A DNA stretch of 63,700 bases, filler included, from Choristocarpus tenellus KU-1152 (Eukaryota > Protista > Phaeophyceae): NCBI GenBank assembly GCA_964200185.2. It is 13 parts of 13 records of this genome, joined end to end, with 100 filler letters (N's around TTAATTAATTAA, not from the genome) between each part and the next. Parts side by side here need not be neighbours in the genome. Positions count along the whole stretch, not along the records: positions 1 to 6,866 come from CAXNAD020007182.1; positions 6,967 to 11,549 come from CAXNAD020013912.1; 11 more parts are not named here. One strand, written 5' to 3'. Positions 1 through 11,549 of this stretch are shown here, piece by piece (position 1 is the stretch's first letter; each line of letters opens with the position of its first letter). The position numbers and the translations under genes were made by a program. A model generated the notes under the pieces. That model did no database searches, was not told where the DNA came from, and saw only the letters and a list, made by a program, of their open reading frames with translations.

Positions 1-200
1 TTGTTGGGTGGGGGGTGGTGAGGTGGGGGGGGGGGGGGGGGGTGGGTTGCGTTGTGAGGGGGAGTTCGTTTCGGTCAAACAACTCTTTTTTTTCTGACCT
101 TTCAAATCCGACACGTGCGACCAAAAATCACACCAAAAAAGTGAAAATAAAAAAAAGGGTGAAAAATGAACGCCGACACTCCCCCCAGATACTTTGACTC
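1..200. mobile_element. MITE family A2, short form, left end lost in G-tract
   Basis: Ends ...CCCCCCAGATACTTTGACTC at 200; body is the reverse complement of 6718-6866 and shares its end with 11130 and 50366. Confidence 0.75.
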
Positions 201-1082
201 GGCTGTAAAACAACTTCTTACTTTCACTCCCCATTCCTAATGATGTTTTTTGGGAAGTTACACAGTCTCGCATTCGCGTGTAGGATCATTATTGCATGTC
301 TATCTGCTGGTATTTGCTCTGCAGGTAGGTGTCAGATTCCTGAGGGGAAAAAAGGAGTAATTAAGATAGAATGTAACAAAGAATGCGAACAAATCTCCTC
401 CTACTATTATCAGTAGTCTACCTGCAGCAAAACCCTCCATATCAGTATTATTTTCCGGACCACGATAGTATTATAAATATAGCCCCATGAGAGGAGTGAT
501 ATAGAAAGGAGGGAAGATTCTCAGGAGCCTGCCTGTTAGACCACACCGAGCTGACCCGGTGATCAGAGGTATATTCTCAAAACTCTTAGGGAACAACAAT
601 AAAGAAGGTTGACACTCCTCATATGCTCCTACCAATAAACTGACACGACCTAACGTATTACTACAATATGGCTTTAGGGACTAAACAATATAATAACAAT
701 ATTTGGAAAACATGTTAAAAACCTCAATTTGTATATTTTTGTTTGTGTATGGGGAGCAACGACCAAGGTTTCTTCGTTGCACACTCCAGGCGGAAGTTGC
801 TGTTGTGTGGTGGTTGGCGTCAGTGTCTACGCATAGTATCAACAGTAGTATTTTACAGTAGAATGGGTAGTACAAGCAAGGACTCAGGAAGATCCTAGCT
901 CAACCCCCAACAAATCGGAATCAAACCACATGCGTACTACACGTGCTAGAAAAAAAAGTTCCAAGAGTTTTGAAACGACGTTACACTATATATTTGTTGA
1001 AGGAGTTTTGGTTTTGGGTGGATAGAATCGCGTGGATGAGGACCGAAACCAGGAATCGAAGTTGTCTCACTTGGAAACAATA

Positions 1083-4000
1083 ATGTGGTCCACTATTTTC
1101 GGCTTTGTAACTTGGCTAAGCTGTTTCGTCTACTGCGTGTTGGGCACCGGTGAGCTCGATTAGTCAACACCGTATGCCTGGAAATATCTCAAATTGTGTA
1201 GGGCTGTCGAAGAACTACATGATGCCCCGTGCCTACCAACCCAGGCAAAACCATTTCCACGCATATCAATAGTAGCAAGATTATATTGACTCCAGCTCGC
1301 TCTGCCCACCACTGTTTATATACCGATTGATCGCCGTGGTGCATGCGTACTACTACTATAGCACCACTAGCTCTGCATCAGGTCGTGGTTGTGCCCCCTG
1401 GTGGAGAGGCGGTCATCAGACTTCCAGGGTATGACTTAGACGGGGACGAACTCGAGGCCACAATAACATCCTTGCCAAGTTCAGGAGGTCTCTATCAGGT
1501 TTGGTTATGGGGGGATACGATACAGTGATGTGAGTTACGAGAGGTCAAGTTGTAGTGCACCTTGTATCGCCGCTATCGTGTATCCCAGCAAGCAAGTTGC
1601 GTTCTACACAGCAACGTGGATTCTGAACAAAGCTTGGAGGGATTGGTTGATGTGAATTGGGTCACAAGCTCAAGAGCTAAGGAGGGACAAACAAGAGGTT
1701 GGCCCTGCTCTCGGGCCGATATCGCGTTATCGTCAGCTGAAGTTTCCATGCCAACTCGCAATATATTCTTTGCAATAATCCCTTTTCCAGTCACACACCA
1801 CCTCGAACTTTCGAACACCACACACATATCCCTCATATAAGCCGTAAAGTACAGCAGAAAATCTGTCCAGGTAATGTGAGAGACAGCGACACAGTAGACA
1901 ATTATCTCGGCCTGGGAGCTCGGGCTAAGAAACGATGACCTCGGAAAAACTTCCCAAACTAATTATCGAACATGTACGCTGATTGGTCGCCTTCAGCTGT
2001 CAAAGGTTTTCTCACAGTATGGATACGATCCGAAGGCCGGTGACCTCATCACTACTCAGGCAGTGGTAACTGGATCCGGCAATCGGGTACTGTATAGGCG
2101 ACCAACAATGGATGCTGAACCACAAGGGGCATGGGGCAGGTTGGTGGTCTCACCCCGTTCCATCATTAATGCCCCTTGTGTCTTGCTATGATACAACGAG
2201 TATACTCAGTCAACACAGGCACATCGACGAGATGCAGCATTTTCATGGAATAAAATTCTTAGACGACCCCAGACCTAAACCTCTACGCCATACTTCTTGA
2301 TGTATTACTCTTGACACGTCCCTCAAGTGACACACAGAGCTAATATTAGTAGAGAGAGCAAGGCTGACGAATGCCGCTTCCCCTTTAACTACAAAAGATT
2401 CACATATACTGTAATGGATGGAAGCAAGACCGCAAAAGATGGTACAATCTTTCTCGTATCCTCCGATGGCCGGCTAGCTGCGAGTGAGTTCAGCACTGGG
2501 GCAGGCGACTGGCAGGTAAATGTGGATCATGCATGCACTCATATGAACATGACAAGGTAGGGAATTGCCGCCCAACTAGGGGTGAGGGATTGTATATTAA
2601 GGCAACTCGTAGGAGTGACAACATTCAGTCAAATGAAAGGGCTATGAAAAAGGTTAGAATTAGATTATACTGACCGCCTGCTATGGGACAAGCCCCTTGA
2701 TGATGCACTACTGTGGTTTGGCTATGTAGGGCACCAGTGTGGAAATAATATCAATACTCTCTAGGCAATACTGCCGTACCCTAGTGTATGCTCAAGCATT
2801 ATTACCAACTGGGGAGCACAGAGGTGGTTTGGTCTCTGTTTGAAATACATTATTTGAAGGAGGCAAGCGTCGTTTGTTCGCTGCAGCTGATGATAGATAT
2901 AGTTTGAAGTGCGGGGCATTTTACAATGAGCAACCAGCCTTGTCCTGGTGTAGTTGTTTAACCCCTGAAGAGTTCAAGCTTGATGCTAAAATGCTACCGT
3001 TCAGATGGCTGGTAATGTAAAATAAACTTACTACATACTATTAATAATTTAAATTACAGCACTCAAAGTCATTGGGTGGAGCAGCCGAGAAGAGCAATCT
3101 GCAGGAAAATCGCCACGGGCATGCCCTAACCGTTTATCTCAAGATGTTTGCTTTGTTGTTGACATAATGAGGTAGGAATTATACTGAGTTGACGGCTTCA
3201 TGGACATCCTTACACTTCCGAATAAGAAAATAGTATTTCCCACATCCATCTTTGGTGGTTTGCCGAGCAAACCCCTCATAATTCATAATTGCTCTGGACT
3301 ACTACTCTGAGTACATAGTATGGTAGCAAGTACAATAGTAATTAACACAATGAAGTAGAACTATGACCATACCTATTGCAATTCTTGCCAAAGTAGATAA
3401 ACAACATACTCCAGAGTATGAGGTAAAAGCTCAGGGCAAGAGACATACAGTGTTATGAGCGGAAAATTGAACTTCAATAGGTACCACATGGTATGAAGCT
3501 ATTTTAGGTGTTCTAACATTATTGGGGTGGGATGGAAATTACACATCACTGCAAAGAAGAGCGCTGCTTCATGGTTTTAAATGAGGAAGCATATACTGAC
3601 AGGGAGTGCATGTTGAAATTTCTTGTGTGGGTATAGGTTGTGCTGTTGGCAAAGGGTAAAGAACATGACAGTATTTTTGTGTCGGGATAGCAGTGAAGCA
3701 GTTTGAGACCCAAAGTACCTGGAGAGGGGGGGGGGTCTATACAAGAGTGTCCATTTGGATAAAAAATCAGGAAAAGTGCATTTACATTATCCATCCGACA
3801 TATGTAAACAAATACCCAAAAATTGCGACATGAAAAAATTAACCCCAAATGGACAGCCGCCACCCCCCCCTAGATACTTTGAGCCTGAACCATTTAGCAG
3901 TGAAGTAGTTTGAACCATTTCGTGTACAAGGAGTTAAAAACAAAGAGAGCACAGGAACTTGGTGCATTCGACTCACAGCATACACTAAACAAAATGTTTC

Positions 4001-6499
4001 CGTGCATGCTGCTGTGTAGAACTGATCTTGTAGACCTTATTATCTCCATTGATATCTCCATTGATATCTGCGTTGATGTTTGGGTTACAGAAGTACTGAA
4101 GCATTGGAGTTTTTGATACCCATCCAGACTCATTATTTGTTTATATCTCTACAGAGCTGTGGTCTCTCTATCCACCTCTTTGTACTTATCCTCTTCCTGT
4201 TCTTCATCATTCCCTTCTATATCCTCCTCAGTCACTAAAACCTGGGGGATGTCATCCTCAGTTCCAAGAACATTGAGGTTCTCCTCCCTCAGGTCGTTCT
4301 CTTCCTCCTCCTCAGTTGTAATCACCTTCAACTAATTCGTCCAGGAACATTTGGCAGCTTCACTTAAGGCTAGCAACTTGTCCTTCCCTTCTTCCCCTTT
4401 CACGCATTCTTTCCAAGCTTGCACTTTTCCACATGATCCAAGCCGCTCGGAATGTTCTCAGTAGAATCCCAATTATGCTATCCCCTGTGCGGGATCTGTT
4501 GTACAATTTCAAGGCTTGGACATTGTGAATCTGAGGCAGTGGTGTGCCAAGCAAGGTTCCCAGCTATCACATGGAAGAATCCGTTACTTAGTTGGATGTC
4601 ATCAGGTCGAGACTGTTCCTAACCCGAGCAGTCAATCCCTGAATTGACCTCTCAACTTTTAGGCACCACTTCGCAACTGCTAGGACTCTCCTCTGGCAAA
4701 AGGTACACCTATGGAAAGCAAGATTTTGGCAATCCCAATGCACCACTCAGTGTCAATAGATTGTGTGTGCTTCGCCAAGATCTACCCTGTTGCAAAATCC
4801 TCAGAACCCAACCTCTGATACCCTTGTGTGGGATAACAAGTACCTCTTGAGCGACTTCGAACAGCGAAAGACCCCTTTTTCAACTCGGGTTTTTGAGGTT
4901 CCAGTTACCACACACGGAAGTATACGTTGCTTCGCTTGATGCTATTGGGGGTCGACATTGTTGCATCCCAATTTGACAGCCCTAAAACAGATGACTCAAC
5001 TTATACCAGCAAACTGTTACCACTGCTAGGGCTACCCTGCAGACGAAAAGCGCTAGTGGAATGTCCAAAAAGATTTTGATCTTTAGAATGCACCACCACA
5101 CATGCATCGACAGATTGTGTGTTACATTGGGGCTTTGCTAGTGATACAGTGAAGTGCATATTACAAAATGAAATACTACCTCTCAAAAACTAGACTCAAA
5201 AAATCTAGGGGAGGGTGGCGGATGTCCATTTGGGGTCAATTTTTTCATGTCGCGATTTTTGGTTGATTTGGTTGCATATGTAGGATGGATAATGTAACTG
5301 TACCTTTCCTGGTTATGGCCCAAATGGACACCCCGGTGTAGATCCCCCCTCCCCAGATACTTTGGGTCAACAGGATAAAAAAGTGATCTACAAAAATGTT
5401 TTTTTTTTTTCCCACTAGCAAGCTCTCTATGTAATACTCCAAAGTAAAACAATATCTAAGATGAACCTGTAAAGTCCTGCAGAGTCAAGTCTCTTCCTAT
5501 AGAAGTTGTTGACATTTTGTCACTCTTTCTCTCCTGCCCTCCCCAAATACCTATACTAATCAATGAGTCGAAGTATCTTAGAGGGTAGAGCTGTGTCCGT
5601 TTGGGGGCCAAAATCCAATGTTGTGATTTTTTTGTAATTTTGGCTATCATGCTTGTTAGGGAGTGTCAATGTCCTTGTTTTGGACACAACTTTTCATAAT
5701 GTGTACATTTTCCTACTCCGAAATATTTTGGAGCAGGAAAATGAAATAAAAAACCCTTGGGAAGCCAAGCCCCGAACAGACAAACAGGGCAAAACTCGTA
5801 CCCTCTAATATACTTTCTCATTGAGTTTTGGAGAAGGGGTGGGCGGCACAATTAGTTTTTAATTGAAATTGAACATTTCTTGGCTGATCTCACAACCTAT
5901 TTGATACATGGAGTTGTATTGAGTCTGCGGGATGCAATTGGCCTACAAGCTTGGCAACCATCTCAACATCACCAATATATATAATATTATTATATGGTAT
6001 TATTTATGATGATTACTGTTATTGATATAGATATTGATATTGATATTGATATTTTTGTTATTATTACTATGAATACCACTATCAGTAATATATGTTTTTT
6101 CTCAATACTACTATTGTATTTGTTGTCGCTAGCATTACTCTTACTATCACCAATATCTCCATTACTGTCACTGTAAGTATTATTTTTGTTTTTATTATTA
6201 TTGTCATGATAATAGCACACATTGTTATCTGGAGAGACTGTGATGTTGATTGTGAGTACCATTACTAGTACAGTCCTCCTGATGATTATTTTCCCTTTTA
6301 CCGACATTTTTGAGAACATCAATACTTCCATATTACCTGGAAATGGACACCTGCATTTTCATTGCTTTTTTTTCTTTCCTTTGCAAGGTATGCCAGAATG
6401 ACAGGTTGGGCTGCAACACTGCCAGACACGAGCCCAGTAGTCGAGGGCTCATGAACTACTTCATTTCAGGCCTTGATTCAATAGTTCACACAAAGAACG
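1083..6499 (+). CDS. 5' part of a spliced gene for a secreted protein, conserved stramenopile family (homologues typically carry a laminin IV/laminin B domain further C-terminal); exons 1083-1149, 1362-1498, 1997-2139, 2398-2515, 6388-6499; 3' end not in contig
   Basis: GT/AG junctions are phase-consistent and give MWSTIFGFVTWLSCFVYCVLGT (signal-peptide-like)-APLALHQVVVVPPGGEAVIRLPGYDLDGD...LYQ-LSKVFSQYGYDPKAG...AWGR-FTYTV...SEFSTGAGDWQ-VCQND...HEPSSRGLMNYFISGLD. Family name is from recalled motif similarity. Confidence 0.8.
3707..3885. mobile_element. MITE family A (about 180 bp), in intron 4
   Basis: TIRs GACCCAAAGTACCT / AGATACTTTGAGCC, inner GTCCATTTGG inverted pair, TGA on both flanks; multiple similar copies in window. 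Confidence 0.85.
5193..5368. mobile_element. MITE family A (opposite orientation)
   Basis: GACTCAAAAAATCT...AGATACTTTGGGTC; reverse complement of 3707-3885. Confidence 0.85.
5565..5819. mobile_element. MITE family B (about 255-280 bp)
   Basis: TIR GAGTCGAAGTATCTTAGAGGGTA...TACCCTCTAATATACTTTCTC; body matches 56119-56401, 36802-37061 and 56998-57241. Confidence 0.85.
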
Positions 6500-6717
6500 G
6501 TAAGCCTCCCTCGAGAACTGAGTACTCAAAGGGTATTGCATGGAAAGGATTCAGAGAGATGTGTTGTTGCCAGCAAGTCCCACTCAATGATGTTCTTTAC
6601 ACTTATGGGTTAGGGGTCGAGTTGATCATTCCACCAATGAGATTTCTTCCATGGGATCACAAAATGATTCGACTGCCGGCAAACCCTTGCTTGCATTTCT
6701 TGTAATAGTGAGGACAT

Positions 6718-6866
6718 CACTGAAAGTATCTGGGGGGGGGTGTCGGCGTCCGTTTTTTACCATTTTTTCGAATATCACTTTTTTGCTGTGATTTGGTCGC
6801 ACGTGTCGGATTTGAAATGTCAGCAAAAAAAGAGTTTGACCGAAACGGACGCCCCCTCACAAACCA
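6718..6866. mobile_element. MITE family A2, truncated at contig end
   Basis: CACTGAAAGTATCT-G-tract-TGTCGGCGTCCGTTT; matches 1-200 (reverse complement) and 11130. Confidence 0.75.
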
Positions 6867-6966
6867 NNNNNNNNNNNNNNNNNNNNNNNNNNNNNNNNNN
6901 NNNNNNNNNNTTAATTAATTAANNNNNNNNNNNNNNNNNNNNNNNNNNNNNNNNNNNNNNNNNNNN
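6867..6966. other. Artificial contig linker N44-TTAATTAATTAA-N44 (also 11550-11649, 16474-16573, 21312-21411, 27193-27292, 32163-32262, 35809-35908, 41710-41809, 45732-45831, 50375-50474, 53794-53893, 59598-59697)
   Basis: Twelve identical 100-bp spacers with stop codons in all six frames. Confidence 0.98.
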
Positions 6967-7224
6967 GCAACAAGAAATATGAATTGTGGTAGTACTCCCC
7001 CACTACCTCCCCCACAATTGCAGAAGCACAGAAGCCTTGGAAGTTTACCCCTCGTACCGGTCATCTGAGGGAAGCTTCTGCTCAGCTGCAAAACTAATAC
7101 CATATTAGTGTGTCTTCATACCAACAAGGCAGGAACACACCACACAGATGTTTGGACTCGCTCGCCTACTCCCCGAGCAGGGCAACAATATCCTAATCCA
7201 CAGAGACGTCAGTCCTGCTGGTGC

Positions 7225-8544
7225 CTACTCCTCTCCATGCTCGTTCCTGCAAAGCTGGTGGACAGGGCCATGACACTTTGGGCCGTGGTGCTCTGGACTG
7301 CGCTTCCCTCGGCCTTGGTGGTCTGGGCTGCCGTGTCTTGGCCCGTGGTTCCTTGGGCCATGGTACTTGGGGCCACACTGCCTTGACCCGTGGGCCATCG
7401 GGCCATGCTTGGGCCCTGCAGGGGTAGGGGTAGGAGTAGGGGTAGGGGTAGGGGTAGGGCAGCAGTCTTGGACGGTATGGAAGTGCTGGTGCTGGCGACA
7501 ATGGTTCCTCTTGCGTCGCCCTCCAATCGGCTCATGCATACGGCCATGACGGTCGTCGCTGGGACCGTCCCGGTGATGACGATGGTGGTGAAGCCTTCTA
7601 CCCAGGCCCTCCTCCCCACCGCGCCTTCCACGGTGGTGAGAGTGATGGTTACCGTGGGGACACTTGAAGCATTCCTCCTCCTCGCCCTTGCTGGGCCTGC
7701 CGCAGCTCATGCAACCGTGAAGACGATCAACACCACCCCTAGGCCTCATGGGGTACATGAGACCCAGTCGGATGAAACATCTCCGCCCGACTCCAATGGC
7801 ATCGAGAGGGGCTTCACGTCTCTGGGACGAAGATGCATCTCATTGACCTCGAGGGCAGCGTGCATGGGGCTTCCGTCGGGTCGGCGTCGGCCTTGGCGGG
7901 GACCCTCCCTACTGCTTGCCGCATCCATCGTGCAGGATGCATCGGTGCTTCTACGCCCCTCCTCGTCTTCAGCAGTCAAAGCTGGGGTTTTGGGGTCGGC
8001 TTTGCAGTCCATAACGTGTTCCGACCCCTCCACGACCCCGTCAAACTGCTTCTCCGGAGTTGATTCGACCAGGCCACGCTTGACCAGGCGGCGAGGGCGG
8101 AAACTAAGAAGATCGATCACCCGCTCGAGCTGTGCGGGGGTGATGATCACGCCGTGGGCCTGCCCCAGACGGCGCGACGCAGCGGTGTACAGCTCACCCA
8201 ACTCAGCCTCCTTGCCCACCGGTCGAGAGACGTCCGTGTCCTGGCTTCCCTGGACCTGTGAGCGATTATCCGCGCTCACGACCTTCACTTGGAGCGGGGA
8301 TGGACTGGTTCGAAGGGCCAGTGCAAACTCGGCCGTGCTGTCAAACGCAATGTCTTCCTCCTCGGTATTTTCTCTGTAGGTGAAGCGAAGGTTGTCGGTG
8401 GGGCACTGCCCGATAAATAGGCCTCGGCAAAGGCCTCCTTCAGCCCGCCCACCCATGGAAGGTGGCTGAGGGATCTCGACATTACTCTTGGTTCCTTGGA
8501 ATTCGATCTTGATTTCGGTTGTAGACATGATTGTAGACATAGTC
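7225..8544 (-). pseudogene. Intronless PB1-domain protein pseudogene with His/Gly/Pro-rich C-terminus
   Basis: IKIEFQG...LRFTYRENTEEEDIAFDSTAEFALAL...LQVKVV is PB1-like. The helix LKEAFAEAY lies in another frame (compensating frameshifts near 8410-8450). A 1-nt loss near 7805 would join ORF 7746-8624 to ORF 7225-7758 (HGP repeats, PTPT tract). Confidence 0.6.
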
Positions 8545-9029
8545 ATAGTTTTGTGTTTCTGAACAGTTGGGGTTTGTGGGGGGTGTTGTTGAATAATGGA
8601 TGGCCTGGTCGTCGATTGTTTCATCTTTGCCTCTATTTTCGACTTCTTAACTCCTAATAAAATTATACTGCGGTTATACGAATGTCGCGTATTCTTCGCA
8701 TATCAATCGTAGTTTGTCGGGCGTATTATAGTACTATTCATTCCTATTAATATATATTAATGACATTATTCTCTACCAAAGAACAGGTGTCGAACTGGCT
8801 TTGTCTCTAATTGTAGTATATTACTATTTATCACTATACCCTCCTTTAATCACTCTGAACAAGTACTGCTAATAGTATCGTAGTATCATGATACTATCGT
8901 GCTCAGACCCCGTGCTCAACAAAATATGAAAATATGTCCGATCCAAGAATCACCACCCACCTCCCTACCCCCTTCTTTGCCCGCCTCGTACGTTAACGTT
9001 GATATAGTATACATACATATATGTACATA

Positions 9030-9780
9030 CTAGATTTGCCCCCTTCTCCACCTTTGAAGTGAAAAACTCACGCAACAAATGTTGTCTATTACCCACTGTA
9101 TTGGGCGTGAACGAATCATATATTGCTCGGAAAAGCTCACTCGGGCTTTGGTGTGTATAGCACAGTGCCCTGGTGCTGGGTGCAACGAGAGCAACAATAA
9201 GTGCACGGTAGGCCTCTTCGGCCATCCAGATATTATTCACACTGAATCCGTCCGAGAGAAGTTCCTTGTTGGCGCGTTCTTGATTGACTGATCTTTCACT
9301 TGTCAACGCATCCAAACAGTGAGTATATCTGCAATGCACAATGAAACGCCTCCACCAGTCCCGGTAGTCCGAGTCGTCCAGTAGTTTTGGTGGTTGGGTT
9401 CTTGATCTCTTTGTTGTAAGGCGAACAATATGTGCGCCTGACCCCAAGCTCTCTGAAGAACCGGATCTTCGGCTTGCTCCACTTCTGATGCTCGCAGCAT
9501 CCAAACTGTTTCCCTCTCTGGGAAATTTTTCCTCAACATGGGTTCCATAGGACCCACTACGACTGGTACGCCCCCAGCCGGAGGCCGTGTTCTGGGCACA
9601 GCGGCCTGGACAACGGAATGATCTCCGTCGCCGACTCTTTCAGACTGAACCATGAGATTGCCAACGTTTCTTGACAACTCTGCTACCGTCGCCATAAGCT
9701 GGCTGAATTCTTGGACAGATGGGCCTTCGGAAGGAACAGGTTCACGCAATTCTTGAATCGCATCTCCTCTTGAAGACATG
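9030..9780 (-). mobile_element. gag: Ty1/Copia gag fragment, frameshifted and 3'-truncated
   Basis: PPKLLDDSDYRDWWRRF...AEEAYRALIVAL...SPSELFRAIYDSFTPNTVGNRQHLLREF resembles Copia gag (Retrotran_gag_2-like); N-terminus is in ORF 9303-9812. Confidence 0.7.
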
Positions 9781-9819
9781 ATGAAATGATGGGTTAGAAA
9801 CCTAAGGTCCAATATATTG

Positions 9820-10171
9820 TGTTAAAGTATCTCCAAAATCATCGAAGAGGATAAAGGTGATAAGCCCAGCAAGATTGCTTGGTGTCTGTAGAGTGATTGA
9901 TTAAAGTTAGGTGGGGTATGCAATACCCCATAAAATCAGAAATATTTCCTTTTATATAAGAAGAATTCTCATACAACTAATCACGAGTAAAAGGTTCTGA
10001 TAGCTCAACCACTAATTGATTTTCCGTTACTCCATACATATTTTACCGTAACTGTCCGATAGAGTTGGAAGAGTCTAATCAAACAGGTGATGCGTGAACT
10101 GAAGGTGGGCTTGGGTTTCTTCTTATCACCAGGCCAGATATTGCAGTGCCATTATCTATCTACATAAAACA
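9820..10171 (-). mobile_element. Putative 5' LTR of the Copia element
   Basis: TG...CA bounded (TGTTAA at 9820, AAACA ending 10171), minus-strand TATATAAAA near 9950, directly upstream of gag; outer boundary is uncertain. Confidence 0.45.
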
Positions 10172-11129
10172 ATGGCTCATTCAAACGTACAATGTACCTT
10201 GGTTTCCAAGTATGGTGTGTTCTTCGATACCAAAACTCCACCACATGCTGCTGATGAAGAATTGTTGGGAGTAGTAAGCACAGTCTGCACGTTTGGTTTC
10301 CTGGTGTCTTCTAACTGTTGGTAGCACAACCCTAGGAGGTTCAACAAGGAACTGTTTGTGATGAGGCAGCAAGGGCAATGATATCTGAGCTCAGTAGGAG
10401 AAAAATGTCCTCCCTTTAACGTGCACCACTGTTCTATGTTGTTTGATTGGCTTTCGTTTGTTGTAACAATCCAACTCTTGCTTCACGTAGGTCAAGTACC
10501 TCGATCTGAGGAGGGAGCTTATGGTCCTTAAGGGGACTCAAAACGACACTGACTCAATAGACGTGCCACTCCCAAGGCTGGAGAGGCACTTGAAAGAAGG
10601 TGGTCAATCACCAGCTAGTAAACGGTCAAACACTCTTATCCATCATGATAACAATAAGCGTCTCAGGCGAACCAGAAAGTTCTTGGGCGTCTCCAACCAA
10701 GGAAGAACATCATCATTGACCAGTCTCATTTTGAGTATAAAGCTGTGCTTGGTGAGGGGACATTTGGTGACTAAGAGCGTCCCATCGTGTATTGTATTGA
10801 TCCAATTGCAGAAGGAAACCCCAGTATTGTTCCTTTTGAGAGGGGCTACTGAGTTCATCGTGGACAGCTAGCTCCATGTTTGTACCCATGGGAAAATGCC
10901 TTAGGAATATCTTGCATAGATACATATTTCGTGTACTGCAGAGTACTATATGGTAATTGCATTACACCAAAGTACGTGTCATCCCCCATAGGATTGTACA
11001 CCTCAGTACAAACTCTTGCCACAAAAAAGGAATCAGGCAGTGGATGTCTTGCCTACGGTACAGTTGATGAATGAAACATTCTAGAATTGGAGACCCTGGT
11101 TACCGGAGATTGAATGATTCTGGAGTTCA

Positions 11130-11362
11130 GGGTCAAAGTATTTGGGGGGGGGGTGCCGGCGTCTGTTTTTCACCCTTTTTTCGATTTTAACTTTTTGGTG
11201 TGATTTGGTCGCTCGTGTCGGATTTGAAATGTCAGCAAAAAAAACGAAGACTATTGGTTAGGTTCCTTTCTGTCCTTGCGTACGCAAGAGGAATGGAAAT
11301 ATATGCCACTATTTATTTGGGTTTGGTTAGGAGTTTCGACGTTTGCATTTGTCGGATTTCGA
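11130..11362. mobile_element. End of family A2 long element, interrupted by a family B copy
   Basis: GGGTCAAAGTATTT-G-tract; about 230 bp match the reverse complement of about 50133-50366. Confidence 0.8.
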
Positions 11363-11549
11363 GAGCGAAATTATCTTAAAGGGTACGAGTTTTGCTCTGC
11401 TTGTCCATTTGGGCCTTGGATCCCATGGGGGTTTTTATGACATTTTCCTACTCCAAAATGTTTAGGAGTAGGTGAAATGTATACATTATGAAAAGGTGCG
11501 TCCGAAACAAGGATGTTGACACTTCCTAACAAACACGATAGCCAAAATT
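11363..11549. mobile_element. MITE family B (reverse), truncated at contig end
   Basis: Begins GAGCGAAATTATCTTAAAGGGTACGAG; matches 36802 copy. Confidence 0.8.

Noticed and set aside
7390-8379. 329-aa plus-strand ORF
   Set aside because: Antisense shadow of the GC-rich minus-strand PB1 coding region.
9824-9832. AAAGTATCT matching the MITE TIR core inside the putative LTR
   Set aside because: No spacer or inner motif follows; likely chance.
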